Shown one piece after another: positions 15,566-30,610 of a stretch of DNA of 64,000 nucleotides. The number at the start of each line of letters is the position of its first letter. Positions within the stretch are counted from its first letter, which is position 1. The notes under the pieces were generated by a model. That model did not search any database, had not been told where the DNA came from, and was given only the letters and a program-made list of their open reading frames with translations. The translations under genes were made by a program, and so were the position numbers. Source of the DNA: the human T2T-CHM13v2.0 reference genome, Homo sapiens; the NCBI RefSeq assembly GCF_009914755.1, contig NC_060926.1; one strand, written 5' to 3'.

Positions 15566-16059
15566 CATATGAGCATACAGAGCAACCGGATGCCAACATA
15601 AAGACCAATATGTTCATTCTATGAAACTTTTTATGCTACTATCATATTCCCTACAACTGGCCAGGAACATACTTTAATTAATCATATGACCAATCTATGG
15701 GTCATAGACAGAGGGTATTTTCTTCAAAGAACTATTTTTTCTAGAGTCCTGTGGCCTGACACTTGTGCTTCTTTCTGTTTTTGCCAGTGGAAAAGTGAGT
15801 TGCTCTTGTAACGTCTGAATGTTAAAAAAAAATTTTTTTAAAGTAATAAATAAATAAATAAGTTGCTTTCTCTAAGATTTCTGTTACCAAGAGTTCAGCT
15901 TTCCTATGTGTACCACTTAGCTATTCTCCAAAGTGTCTGTTCCTACTCCTTTGAGAATGATAAACAAAATAATTAAATAAGAGTTTCTAGGGATGGAACC
16001 CAGGCATAATTGTCAAAGTTATATGGGTGATGCTAATGCATTGTCAGGGTTGCATCCAC

Positions 16060-16110
16060 TACCTTAGTTCAAACTCAAGTTCTTTCTTTGGTGGCACATT
16101 AGAATTACCT

Positions 16111-16144
<34 letters not shown>

Positions 16145-16152
16145 AATTACCT

Positions 16153-16225
<73 letters not shown>

Positions 16226-16320
16226 CTGAAAGGATTCTGATTTAGTTGGTGGGCTTTTTTTTTTTTAAACACTCCAGGTGGTTCTAAAATGCAGTTAAGA
16301 CTGAGAACAACCACTAGAAA
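16060..16320. mobile_element. MER5-like element containing an expanded (CA)n
   Basis: cacattagaattacctg...gattctgatttagttgg...ctccaggtggttctaa; CA tracts 16112-16223. Confidence 0.6.
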
Positions 16321-16516
16321 TCAATGGCAGTTGACAGCTCTCTGTAAAAATATGGCAGTTAAGCTTCCGTCTATACACTGCCATTTGTTTGCATACATAT
16401 TTGCTTACACTTGCTCCCTCCCTTACAGAGACTTTCCTATGAAATAGCTAATTAGAACATTAAGATATTTTAAGAACAAAGCCCACTGGTTAAGAAAGAA
16501 TTGTTTCTTCATTTAG

Positions 16517-16716
16517 GTTCGTGCAGCTTGTTCCTCTGCTCTTGGCTACTTAACATACAATGCAAATGCTTTCCGCATCCTATTAAAAGAATGCAGGAAT
16601 AAACCTAATCAGTTCATTCGTATAAAAAATAATATCAGCAGAGATGCAAGTATTAACCCAGCATTTTTAAAGGAATTTCAAATGCAACAAACACTGGTGG
16701 GACTTCCTTCCTTAAG
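16517..16716 (+). CDS. ANKAR: ANKAR coding exon
   Basis: atttag|GTT; VRAACSSALGYLTYNANAFRILLKECRNKP...LVGLPSL; donor AG|GTATGG. Confidence 0.92.
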
Positions 16717-17983
16717 GTATGGTCCTATGTTAGAAGTTGCAGTAGTGAAATCATCGATAGAGGAGACTTTAATGAGGTTTAGTAAGATCCAACAAGAGGA
16801 ACTATTCTTGATATGAACATATCTCCTGTATAGCAGAGGATAAACTTTATTCTAAATGACCACTGCCACAACCTGTTTTAATTCCAACTCAGCACCAGAG
16901 TTGTGGGTGCAGACAAGAACACATCTAGATCTTAGAGATCCTCTCTGGCCAGGATTATTCACATTTTAGAAAGTTTTGGGGAGACTGGTTACCACAACAT
17001 CTGATTCAAGAAGTCACTTTTTAGCAGACTAGGGATACATTTGAGAGTTCTGAGACAAGACCACCACCTGACCTTAGCATCAAATGGGTTTTCCGGACCA
17101 GATCCAAAGCTAGGCCAAATTCCCAGGGTGGAAACAGGGCTAAATTAGACTTAGTGGTTAGTTACAGTGAAGTTTGCCAGGTATTCAGAGGATTTTGACT
17201 CAATGTTGTGGTTTCATCACAAACTTAACTCCCCCCAAAAAGGGAGGAGAAGAGAATCTCTACTATGGGTATATTTTCTCTTCTGTAAATGTAGCTGAAT
17301 TACAAGTCTTCTCTCCAAGTAGTGATATTCATACATAGGAAACAGAACTACTCAAGATACGTTAACTCTATGATAACGGAAGAGAATAGGATCCAATAGT
17401 GCATCCGAATAGGACCCATGTACAAACATAGATTCTACATCAATTTTAAGTACAGAGAATGATGAGTACATCTTTGGAGCCACTTTAATTCTTTGAAAAG
17501 CCGAAAGTCTAAAATGGGTGACCTAATTTTATAAGCCAGGGAAGCTAAATTGTAACATTATAATTGATAATTCTAAATAATTTTCATTGGTTCAAGGAAT
17601 TAAGATAAATAATGTAAGTAGTATTTTACACAGTCACTCCCACAGCTAGCCCATGTGACGACTTTGTAGGAATTAGAAAAATATACCCCTTTCTCAGACC
17701 TATCTTCTTCAAAACCCAGCTGAAGTGTCTCTTCTGTAACACCTTCCCTCATCACTTCAAGCAGATTTAATGTTCCAAATGTTTGGAGTAAATAAGTGAG
17801 TAAATGAGTGACTGAATATAAAATACTTACAGATAACATGCAGAGTTAGTGGAGGTAACATGTATGAATTAGGCCATTAGGCATTAAACCTGGTACTGTA
17901 AGTCTTCATATACTTCTTCATATATTTTTTCTGGGTGCATTATGTCTTCATTTATTTTAATGACAAAAATGTTTTCCTTTTAG

Positions 17984-18030
17984 TCTGGAGAAGAATGGAG
18001 GACCATCCATAATTCCTATCTTTAAAAGAG
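17984..18030 (+). CDS. ANKAR: ANKAR penultimate 47-nt coding exon
   Basis: ccttttag|T; SLEKNGGPSIIPIFKR; donor G|GTAATT; needed to keep the frame between the flanking exons. Confidence 0.88.
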
Positions 18031-18117
18031 GTAATTGATTTTTCTTTTATCTATGAAGTACCTTCTAGCCCAGACACTTTATAATTCTGTATTCCATCTC
18101 TAAAAATTCAAAATGTA

Positions 18118-18488
<371 letters not shown>

Positions 18489-19642
18489 TTACCTGCATAC
18501 TTCTCTTTTGTAATTCTGTCTACCTAAAATATCTTCCTAATTACAAGCCCATATTGATCATTTTCTGTAAGGCCTTTCCTATTATATCACTTGAAAGTGA
18601 CTCCTGTCTTATTTTGCTTTTCTCAAACCATGCATAGAAGTAAGTCATTATTTAAACAACCTGTAAATATGACTTTGCTGTTTTATATCTGAAACAACTT
18701 ACCTATCTGAATTCTCAGGGCAGAGACCACATTTTTTCCATTGATACTCTATATAGTTTTGTACATAGTTGGTACATTACACTTGAATGGACTAGATCTG
18801 CAGAGATCAGAGTCCAGATCTCATATTATTTATCCCTTCCTATTAGATATGTAATAGGGAATATAAATTACTTGTTAATTTCACATATCTGCTTAGTGCT
18901 TGTTCGTGTAGGACCAAAATCAGTCTTGATACGTTGTCCTATCACGAAAATCAAGGATAGAAACATTCAGAAGTCAAGATCAGTTTGCTAGAGTCACAAA
19001 CAGAAAGGAAGAGAATTTAAAAAGACAGTAAAAGGAGAGGAAACAATTTCATGTATTCAGCCAGTATATGAGGGAAGCTAGGTATGTGGGGAGGCTATAT
19101 AGAAATATATATAGAATATCATGGGTAGAAAAGCATCCATTTTTTATATAGCTTCTTGAATGTTAGAGTAATTTACATAAAAGAATAGTCAGTTCACTCT
19201 TCACTTTAACACTGGTTTCTAAACAACAACCTGTTTATCAGTCATGATCTGATGAAGTTTTCACAGGTTTGTAGTAACATAAGAAAAAATAAGGGCAAGG
19301 TAGCACGTTTCTGATAAAATTAATTTCATTCAGTATCAAGTCCATCATTTTGAGATAATGCCTTTTACACTTTTTTTAGTATTAAAATATTCTTTATTTT
19401 ACATAATGATATTTAAAGTAGTATTCATTCTCTTATTGGTGCTAACTTGACATAACAAGCTAGCAAACCATATAGTGGTCCCCACAAATTTTTGGCCCCT
19501 GACATCTAAATGTCTGGAAGTACTGATCTGTTCTCTTAGTATGTTTTAGTTATGTAAAGAAAATAGAACTACATAGAAGTAGAAGTAATGAGACTATACC
19601 TAGGGCTCTCAGGAGAGACACTTAATTGTGGCTAATTTTTAG

Positions 19643-19890
19643 GGAAGGAGCACCGAAGAAAATTAAAACCTAAAATTCAACCAAAAGATTCTTTGACTTT
19701 ATTACCTCCTGTAACTAACTTCATGGGACTCTTCAAAGCAACAAAAAAGACCAAGGATTCCCATAATATTTTTTCTTTTTCATCTACAATTACATCAGAT
19801 ATCACAAATGTATCAAGACCAAGAATAGTGTGTTTGAACCAACTTGGGAAACATGTCCAGAAAGCCAACCCAGAGCCTGCAGAAGGCTAA
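19643..19890 (+). CDS. ANKAR: ANKAR last coding exon, ends at stop TAA
   Basis: ttttag|GG; GKEHRRKLKPKIQPKDSLTLLPPVTNF...KANPEPAEG*; TAA 19888-19890. Confidence 0.92.
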
Positions 19891-19894
19891 TAAA
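19889..19894 (+). terminator. ANKAR: AATAAA poly(A) signal of ANKAR, overlapping the stop codon
   Basis: GGC TAATAAAA; T-rich sequence follows at ~19927-19948. Confidence 0.65.
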
Positions 19895-19919
19895 ACATTT
19901 TAGAATGAAAGGATTCCTG

Positions 19920-20623
<704 letters not shown>

Positions 20624-20939
20624 AGTCTGAGAGTCAGTGGATGAAGCAGAAAAGAAAAATTAAAAAAGAAAATAAAACAAAAATTTTTTAAAAGGGAAAA
20701 AAAGTTTTATTTAAAAATAAAATCTGAAATCATTGCCCATCAAGTACATGAGTATGGCTTTTGTGGCTAACAGTGTTGCTCATTCTCCATATTTATAGTG
20801 TCTTTGGTTTGCAACTGGAAAGGGTAATAGTCTTTGTGGCTTAGAACCATATGATGTCTTTGCTCAAATAGCAATGTATGCTTCTCCTATTTTATAGCTG
20901 CAGATAGATATGATACAAACACCTGGCTTCACTGTGTAC

Positions 20940-21263
<324 letters not shown>

Positions 21264-21459
21264 TAAAGCTCCCCTTTTCTCCATCCACTTGCTGAATTGC
21301 CTCCATACAGTCTGAGGGTCTTGCTATAATCCATTCTCTACCTGGGCTGCAGTAAGCATTGAAAGTATATATTAATTAGCGGTTATTTTCCCCGATATGT
21401 ACTTAGGGCTTTCTATGTGCTAGAGTCCAAAGTCAGTGGGTGAGTGAGTGGGTGAATGA

Positions 21460-21773
21460 ATTATTATTTATTTATTTGTCTGTTTAAGACAGGGTCTTGC
21501 TCTGTTACCCAGGTTGGACGGCAATAGTGCAATCATAGCTCACTGTAGCCTATAACTCCTGGGTTCAAAGCAATCATCCCACCTCAGCCTCCTGAGTGGC
21601 TAGGGCTACAGGTTCTCAGTCTTTGTTATGCTGAGTGTGGTGGTACAGGCGTGTAGCCCTAGCTACTCAGGAAGCTGAGGTCTCTGCTATGTTGCCCAGG
21701 CTGGTCCCGAATTCCTGGCCTCAAGTGATCCTCCTCCCTTGGCCTCCCAAAGCATTAGGATGAGCTACCATGC
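21460..21773 (-). mobile_element. AluJ with an internal inverted segment
   Basis: Reverse Alu arms interrupted by a forward-oriented piece at ~21630-21680. Confidence 0.8.
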
Positions 21774-22228
21774 AAAGTTTGTGTTCTTAACCACTAAAAA
21801 ATAAGAGACCTCTTTAATCTTCATATTTAATTCTAAATTATCTTAATGGTGCTGAGTCACAACTTTCTGGTGGATTGACTGAAATATAGGAAATGCGGAG
21901 GGAAATGGTCTATTTTATACTAGAAAGGGATACATATTCAAGTGATGAATTGTGTTATCCAGCACCATTAAGGATAAGAATTTATAACAATGGAAATATT
22001 AAGTTTCTGTAGATATTTTTAAAAGCCTTTAGAGAGCAACTTTTGAGCTCTGAAACTGGTTTCAGGTAGGCTCAAGACTATACTTTAGGACTATTTTCAG
22101 GTTATCAGAGTTTCTTTGCATTCAATGCCAGATATTTCCTGAGTATCTTGGCCTAGCCAGACCATCCTACCACTCCTAAAATTTATACTACTTCTCCTAT
22201 AAATCTCCCCTATAAAGATTATTTTTAT

Positions 22229-22536
<308 letters not shown>

Positions 22537-23119
22537 TTATTTTTATTACTCCACGGTTTTTTTTTTTTAAACAATGTGTGAAAAGTCAGGCCCTGGAGGC
22601 TGAAGTTGGAGGATTACATGAGCCTAGGAGTTCTACTCCAGCCTGGGCAACATAGCAAGATGCTGTCTATAAAAATCGAAATAAAAAATTATGTATGAGA
22701 AAGGCCTCCAGATATAGAGGGTTACATTCAAAGAATTGTACATTTAGTTACTTTAATCAAGGCAGAAAAACAGTGATAAGCTTATAATATTTGCAGTACA
22801 AAGTTTGGATTAAAAAAAAATCCAAAAAAACTCCCTCATTTATTTCCATCTGATTATATACAATTTCTCAAATAACTGATGTGAAAGTATGTGGACAACT
22901 AAAGCGTACAATACATACTTGAGGGATTACTTATATGTTAAAATTGTAAAACCTCAAATTATATAGATTTTAAAAAATGCATAGACATCCTATTTACTCC
23001 AGAGATGATACCTAATAACGAACTCTTAAAATTAATAACATATTATGTTAGAGAAAGTCAGCTTTTGTCTTGATTTGGAAATGTCTGCTTTGACATGACT
23101 GATCTAAAATTGCTCTCTT

Positions 23120-23415
23120 GAGCACATCTGTAATCCCAGCATTTTGGGAGGCTGAGGCAGGCAGATTGCCTGCGCTCAGGAGTTCAAGACCACCCTGGGC
23201 AACATGGTGAAACCCCATCTCTACTAAAAAAACAAAAAATTAGCCAGACGTGGTGGTGGGCTCCTGTAGTCCCAGCTACTCAGGAGGCTGAAGCAGGAGA
23301 ATCGCTTGAACCCAGAAGGTAGAGGTTGCATGCAGTAAGCTGAGATCACGCCACTGCAATCCAGCCTGGGTGACAGAGGGAGATTATCTCCAAAAAATAA
23401 TAATGATAAAAAAAA
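23120..23415 (+). mobile_element. AluS
   Basis: ctgtaatcccagc...ccagcctgggtgacaga. Confidence 0.85.
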
Positions 23416-23842
23416 ATTAAACTGCTCTCTCATTATAAAGTCAGGTTCTTGTTTCAGTAGGAGTTAAAAAATAGCTTCTCCTATCCTGATTTGAGGAAGT
23501 GGGGGAAAGTCCTAGGCCTGTATGATACAGGGCCAGAATTCAGCAAAATTACTGTGCTTCTTTCAAAGCTTCCTTTCTACCTGCCAGCATCAATACATTC
23601 CTTTCTCAAAAGATGTTTTATTTTGGTTTTTAATAATTAAAAGAAAAAAACTATCTTCCCTTGTAAGACTTTTAACACATTATAGTATCTCAGAAGAGCA
23701 GGTAAAACATCAAATATAAAAAAAAAATAAAATCTTGATGAATAATTAATATTATATATCTTCTACAATTTGATACACAAAACAATAAAAACTTAATTTT
23801 AACCTTAATACTACCTTTAGGGACTTTTTTGAACAGCAGAAA

Positions 23843-23921
23843 TCATATCTCCATTTTTAATTGTGGTACTTTTATGGAAGCTTCTCCAACTTCTTTTGAT
23901 ATGTCTACTCCAAGAGGACAT
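23843..23921 (-). CDS. OSGEPL1: OSGEPL1 last coding exon (exon continues as UTR to 23815)
   Basis: gatgtag|A TGT CCT; CPLGVDISKEVGEASIKVPQLKMEI*; the seven exons sum to 1245 nt = 414 aa + stop. Confidence 0.92.
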
Positions 23922-24668
23922 CTACATCATAAGCAGACAAATCGTATTATTTATTTGCTTCATGATCCATCACTAGTTCTGCAGACTATTTGCTTAGAAT
24001 TCTGATGGTATAAATATCAAATATTTAATTCATCATATGTGGTGATGATTCTTAAATACTTACAAATATACTGGGACCTCAAGTCAGGATAATGAAAGCT
24101 AGTCTCATTAATAAGAAATCTAAATTTTGAGATATTTTTGAAAGAAACAGTTTTGCTGTTCTCAAATACTGTAAATAAGTTAAAAACATAAAATGAAATA
24201 TAAAAATAATGAAAAATATCTTATAATTCTCTACAAAGCTAAAAAGGTAAAAACATTTTTGCCACACAGCTAAAGTCAAACCTGTATCCATTCACATTTT
24301 AGAAATGTCCTAGGTTTCTATAGGTTCTTCTCTGAAGTTTCAAAAGCTGCCTTGCCCCTTTTCTACCATCCTTTGCCATTACTAGCCAAAGAGGTCTTAG
24401 TTCCTGCTGTCTTTTTCTGTTCCTCCTCAGTAACTAATTTTTGCTTCAGATTTCTGCTTTTCTACCATGGTGTCCAAGATAAGGCTTTGCTTTGACTGAA
24501 TCCCAACCTGGAAAAAGCCATTATCTCCAGCCTCAACACTGCCACAAGGGGGCATAACTGAATCAGAGGATATACTCTATCTGAGACAAGGTATCAAAGG
24601 GATGCCTTCCGGTACTACTAACTCAATTCAGTTCATTCATCATCAGCATACATGTAATTCATATATAG

Positions 24669-25055
<387 letters not shown>

Positions 25056-25133
25056 TAATTATTTATGAAAATAATTGTCTTTTACTATTCCAGAATTAAC
25101 TTAAAACAGAATTTGATAGTAATTTGAAAAACC

Positions 25134-25437
25134 AGCCAGGTGTGGTGGCTCACACCTGTCATCCCAGCATTTTGGGAGGCCGAGGTGGGTGGATCACTTG
25201 AGGCCTGGAGTTCGAGACCAGCCTGGCCAATGTGGCAAAACCCAAAAACTAAAAATACAAAAAATGAGCTGGGCACAGCTGTGTGAACCTGTAATTCCAG
25301 CTACTCAGGAGGCTGAGGCATGACAATCACTTGAATATGGGAAGCAGAGGTTGCAGTGAGCCGAGAATGCGCCACTGCACTCTAGCCTGGGTGACACTAA
25401 GACTCTAAAAAAAAAAAGAAAAAAAGTAAAGAAAAAA
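25134..25437 (+). mobile_element. AluS
   Basis: Full dimer, head-to-head with the previous Alu. Confidence 0.85.
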
Positions 25438-25922
25438 CTGTGCTATTCACTGGAACTTTGATTTGGGAGAGGAAATAAGGCTTGCAGGAAACAGCTATCT
25501 TTCGGCCAATTCTCAACTGCCTGTGTAAGAGCATAATCACAACCCACTCTCACACCTGAATGCTTTCTGCATGTTTTCCTTAAATTTCCCAGCATACTTG
25601 CTGGTTCTGAGATGTTCTTGACATTGCAAAAGTCCAGGTCATGGACATAGTTTACATTCTAGTTCCAAAGGAGGGAATTCATCACCCTTACTCATGACCT
25701 GTTTCTAACTCACCTAAACTTGCCAAGATTTTTATAATTTGATACTGTAGCAAAAATATTTCTCATATGGTATCAACCTTAACTAGGTTCATGAAAGAAA
25801 TTTATGTAACTTTCCTTCAAGTACCACCAGAATGTCAATGAAAACCTCATATATAAAGGCAAAATCCAGGCTTTGTCTTAAGTAATGTAACTTGCATAAA
25901 GATCATGAATGATACCACATAC

Positions 25923-25994
25923 TTTGGTTCATAGCGGATGCCTTCTATGTCATGTAAAATGCCCAAGCCAGCACGTAGTCTTTCAATACCATTC
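25923..25994 (-). CDS. OSGEPL1: OSGEPL1 coding exon (72 nt)
   Basis: tttag|G AAT GGT; NGIERLRAGLGILHDIEGIRYEP; donor AA|GTATGT. Confidence 0.92.
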
Positions 25995-26118
25995 CTAAAT
26001 AAGAAGCATTAAAATAAAATCAATAGCTCCAAGATCTGAAGGAAGAAGGCTTAGTATGATAAAATGGCAATTAATATTTACATAGTTATGAGTGAAGCAC
26101 GTATATCCTGTGGCTTAC

Positions 26119-26249
26119 CATGCAATCATAATGCCATTATCAGTGCATAGTCTGGGAGGAGGACACAACAAAGTGCACTGTGTTGCGTTTGTTAAAATTT
26201 CCAGAGCTCTGCGGATATAGAAGTTACTTGCGACACCACCAGATGCAAC
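26119..26249 (-). CDS. OSGEPL1: OSGEPL1 coding exon
   Basis: VASGGVASN and CTDNGIMIAW motifs of the Kae1/TsaD/Qri7 family; AG/GT boundaries. Confidence 0.95.
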
Positions 26250-27185
26250 CTGAAGGAATTGAGAAAACCAAAATAACTATCATATATGGATATGAACCAA
26301 GCTGCTAATTAAACCTGGAGAAAAATATCAGCATTAAACAATAATAAACTATCCCATTTTGAGATGGGTAATGGGCAGATGACATATCTATGTAATAAAA
26401 ATTTGGAAAGAAAAAAATTACTAATAATTCTAATAGCATACAAACATTACTAGCATTTTTGTATATTTTCTTCCAACCTTTCATCTAAATATTTATTTAA
26501 TATAATTTCAATCATAGTACACTATTTTAGACCCTGAAATTTTTATTATTTTGTGCATTTTACTACATAACTCTGAAAAAATTATTCTTTGATATCCATG
26601 TAAAATTCCATCTATGAATTACTACCATTTAAACATTTTCCCACTTTAGTTTATAATTTTTAAATGAATAAAGTTTAAGATACAGTTAAACAGGATGTTT
26701 GTCAAGGCTTTTAAGCACAATTAAAGGGATTTTGGCTGGTACAATATAGTGGATTATCAGAACTTTATCAACATTAGTGTCACGAAAGTTGGAATACCAC
26801 CTCCCACTGCTAAATTTGACTGGCTTATTAAAAAAACAAACAAACAAAGGGATTTCATCAAAGGATGAAGGAAATCCACCTATTTTTCTAAAAATAGTGA
26901 TAGCAGTTACTGCATTTACTTTCTTTATTGTAAGCCCTCTTTTAAATCCAACAAGAAGATGCAAAATTAGACTTATGTGCCATAGAAGCTATACAGCTGT
27001 CCCATAAAGCTACCAAACTAGTACAAGAAATGGCTGTTAGTCTTTCCTATCCTGCATAATTTCATACTGTCAGGGCTAGCATAAGGCATAAAGATCTGTT
27101 CATCCTAAACACAAGGTCAAGGTCTTGGGAAAAAAGTAACATATTGCAAAGTGTAACTATTACTATAAAATGAGATAAAACTTAC

Positions 27186-27334
27186 CAGTACTGCATTATT
27201 TTGAGGTAACAAGTCTCTCTGCTTACAAAACAGAATAGCCCGATGTGTTCTTTTCACAAGATGACATGCCATTGTGTGCTGTACTGTGGCAGCAATGTCT
27301 GCTGCTGAAGACAGGATTTGCCCCTTCTCAATAC
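27186..27334 (-). CDS. OSGEPL1: OSGEPL1 coding exon
   Basis: ctgcag|GT ATT; IEKGQILSSAADIAATVQHTMACHLVKRTHRA...AVL; donor CTG|GTAAG. Confidence 0.93.
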
Positions 27335-27410
27335 CTGCAGAAATGAGCAGCTATTTTTAGGCACAATCCAGGAATATTTATCTGTTCAACTTTACTAATT
27401 AGAAATATAC

Positions 27411-27615
27411 CTTCCTCTTTTTCCTTTTTCATTATTATTTTATCAGTAACGTGTTGAAGTCCAGTAAAAGAAAAATCACAATTTTTAGCATGATGCAAGG
27501 GAGGTTTGATGTCAAAATGAAATCTATTTCCTTGTTTGGCCAAATGTTCTATGGCTTTCCCACCACTCATGGTGGAGCACTCTGGATGTTTTATTAAAGA
27601 AAGTCTTCTTGCCAC
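27411..27615 (-). CDS. OSGEPL1: OSGEPL1 coding exon
   Basis: gatag|GTG; VARRLSL...SGGKAIEHLA...DFSFTGL (TsaD-like FSFSGL motif); donor G|GTATAT. Confidence 0.94.
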
Positions 27616-28442
27616 CTATCAAAGAAACATATTTTTTAGAGTCATAAAATTAAATACTGTGAAACGAAAAGATGCAAAGGAAATAAATTGAAAATTACTA
27701 ACAAAACAAAAAACCCCTGAATGAATAAAACATGCTATACTTTGGCAAATATAGACTATAGCTGATATTCAGGTAAGCAGACAACCCTGTTCCTTATGAT
27801 GACCCGAACAATAAGAGGCCAATCACTGCCCCTGTCTATGTTTGCTCTTCTATTGGTTGGAAAATGGGCTTGAAGTTGACAATAACTGCTTAATGATGAA
27901 CGTCAATAATAAGAACTTGTCCTATACTTCCTATTATTTCACTGTGGGAAGCAGTGTTTTGTTTGTTTGTTTGTTTGTTTTCCTATATATGGCAGTAGCC
28001 TCTGTAGTATTCTAAAACAAAGGGGGGTGCGGGGGGACCCTGTCTGTGGTGTAAGTAATTGTGTGATTTAATTCTGTGCATTGCATCTTTAATGTCCTTA
28101 TGTTAATCTATATATATTCTCTTATTTTACCTTTTTTGCAGTATGTTAGTTTACGAAGCACGTTCTTTCACATACATTATTTGGCAAAATACATAACTGT
28201 ATCTGCAAACTATTTCAGCCTTTATGTACAGATATGAACCTCTTACCATTTTATTAAGAAAGGCTAAGAATTATAAAATTGTGTACTACTCTTTCTATTT
28301 TTTCTCACCATATGTGAATTTTTTTCAGTTTACTAAGATAAAATTCAGAAATATTTAGGTGAATGGTGGTAGCACATCTATTGCTACTTAGTTGAAATGG
28401 ACAACATAACAAAAAAGAATGGAGAAATTAATTCTTAATTAC

Positions 28443-28830
28443 CTTGTCAAGCATGTCACCTGGTGCTATGTCCAAAGACTTTCCAAGAAGCAGAAAATCT
28501 GAAACTCCTTGAACTAATGCCAACAGACAGTGACCTCCAGAAATCAAAAGAACTAAAAAAGGAAATTCTACTTTATTGGTCAACCTAATAGTAAGTGCAT
28601 GAGCCTCCATATGATGAATGGGAATGAATGGCTTTTTTAACTGTCCTACCAGCTGTAAGCTAAATGATAAGCCCACTCCCAGGCTTAAAGCAAGTCCTGG
28701 TTTTATGGTAGTTGCAATTGCTGAGAGGTCACTTGGAGAGACTCCACTGGCAGAAAGAGCTTCTTGTACTATTCGTTGAATATTTTCTCTGTGAAGCTGT
28801 TGAGCTGCTGGAGGAACAATCCCACCTGTT
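28443..28830 (-). CDS. OSGEPL1: OSGEPL1 coding exon with metal-binding motif
   Basis: TGGIVP, PGL, HHMEAH, LISGGH and DIAPGDMLDK, all conserved TsaD/Kae1 motifs; AG/GT boundaries. Confidence 0.96.
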
Positions 28831-29899
28831 CTGAAAGAAAGAAAGACAGCATTTTGTAGTTTTAAGATTGTAAAAATGAAGAAAAATGATATTACAGCTA
28901 AAAGCATGTCTTCAAGTTAATCATTATATAGCTGAGTAAGTCAAGTATTTTCTAATTGTGTGCCTTCTAACATAGCACACTATGGTTAAAACTCAGTAAG
29001 CAGTAATTAAGGGGATAATGTTTCTGACTTTTTCAATTTATGCACAACAGACTCCCATGGATTTGTTTGTTGACAAATGAAATCACCAAAATAATCTTGT
29101 AAAGCATTCCATACAAGTTTTGAGCATGGGAAGGACAGGAAAAAATTGTATTTAAGGAAAATTAATTTCCTTGCTGACAGAAGATTTTAAGAGAGATTAC
29201 TGCGAAAGTATTTGTGTAAAATGATTATATCTTAAACTGGGCGATTGTGGGAATGGAAAGAAAGGGACAGAGAACCTTAAGAACTATAATAACTAACTGA
29301 ATATAAAGGGACAGGGGGACTAAGGCATCAAAGTTTGTTCAGCTATTCAGCTGGAATGACCGGGAGAAAAGAAATTCTAAAAGAGAAACATGAAGACAGT
29401 TTTATAAAGACGACGAGTTTATTTTAAAACACATTCCACTTGAGGTCACAGCAGGATAGCAGATAGCTTGCAATCCTGAAATACAGTTTGGGAATCTGGT
29501 GCTCAGAGTTTGTAATTTGGATTTTTGGTCCATGTAGGATGGTGGATGGCCACTCCAAATATCAAGTGTAAAGAACTAAGAGACAAATTTGCTAGCAACA
29601 AATTTGCTACCATGTGATTGATTTACAATATGAGAACTGGAGCAATAAAATAGAGTCTGCAAAACGCACTGCTAGTTTCAAAAAAAAATCATCTTCCAAT
29701 ATTTGATGTTGCAAGATCTACTAGTTCTATGTGTAGAAATGAAAATCCTCAGTAAGTGCATTCAATGAATATTTGCTGAGTAATTAAAATATTGTTTCAG
29801 GCAATGAGGGGGATATAAATGAAATGATCTGATTTCAACACATCCACATTGTAATATAATTTTCCTTAATTCTTCAAAGCTACTTTTTCTCTTATATTC

Positions 29900-30610
29900 C
29901 TCATCTTTGTTAGTGGCATCAAATAACCCTTGGGTTTCAAAGTTCATCTTTACTTCCTTTCTCTCCCTCACTCTCCGCATTTAAGTTTATCACCACTCCC
30001 ACTGCCAAGTCTCAAAAGCCCTCATCTCAGTCTGTTCAACAGTCTTCTAATTGTACTTTCCTAACTCTGTCCTTTGATCCTTAGAGCCCATCCTATATTG
30101 CTGCCAGAGAATACTCTAAAGCACATGCTACCAGTTATTCCCCTACTCAAAACCTTTAGTTTCATGGAATTTGGGAGACATCAAATCCAAATTCTCTCCC
30201 TGCAACTCATTTCTTCCTTCTCTGTCTTGCCTCCCTCCTTTCCTTTCTATGCCTTTTCTGTGTATTTTATCTTCCAGGGATTATGCTAAACACTAGGGCC
30301 AAATAAGAACATGGCTTTATTCTCAAAGAATTAATAATAACAATGTATTTTTGTCTATGATTTGTAGACAGTATGGAGTGTGGATTATGGAACAAAGCTA
30401 ACAAAGAGGCAGGGAAACCACTGAGGCTTGAAGCTATAGCCAAGAGTCTGTGCAAAAGACAATAAGGGATTGAACTCAGTCAGTGAGAAGGGAGAGGAAA
30501 GTTGCAAAAAATATTTGGGAGATGGATTTACTATGAATGGATGACTGATTTGGATGTGGAATGGTGAGGGAGAAGTCAAGGGTGTCCTTCAGGTTTCTGG
30601 CTTGGAAGAA
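29900..30610. mobile_element. L2 fragments in opposite orientations
   Basis: catctttacttcctttctctccctcac... and its reverse ...tggatgtggaatggtgagggagaagtcaagggtgtccttcaggtttctggcttgg. Confidence 0.5.

Noticed and set aside
27795-27900. Two ATGATGA box-C-like motifs in OSGEPL1 intron 3
   Set aside because: Opposite strand to the host gene, with no suitably placed CTGA box D or terminal stem; not a credible snoRNA.
27983-27993. CCTATATATGG as a CArG box
   Set aside because: Seven A/T bases instead of six.
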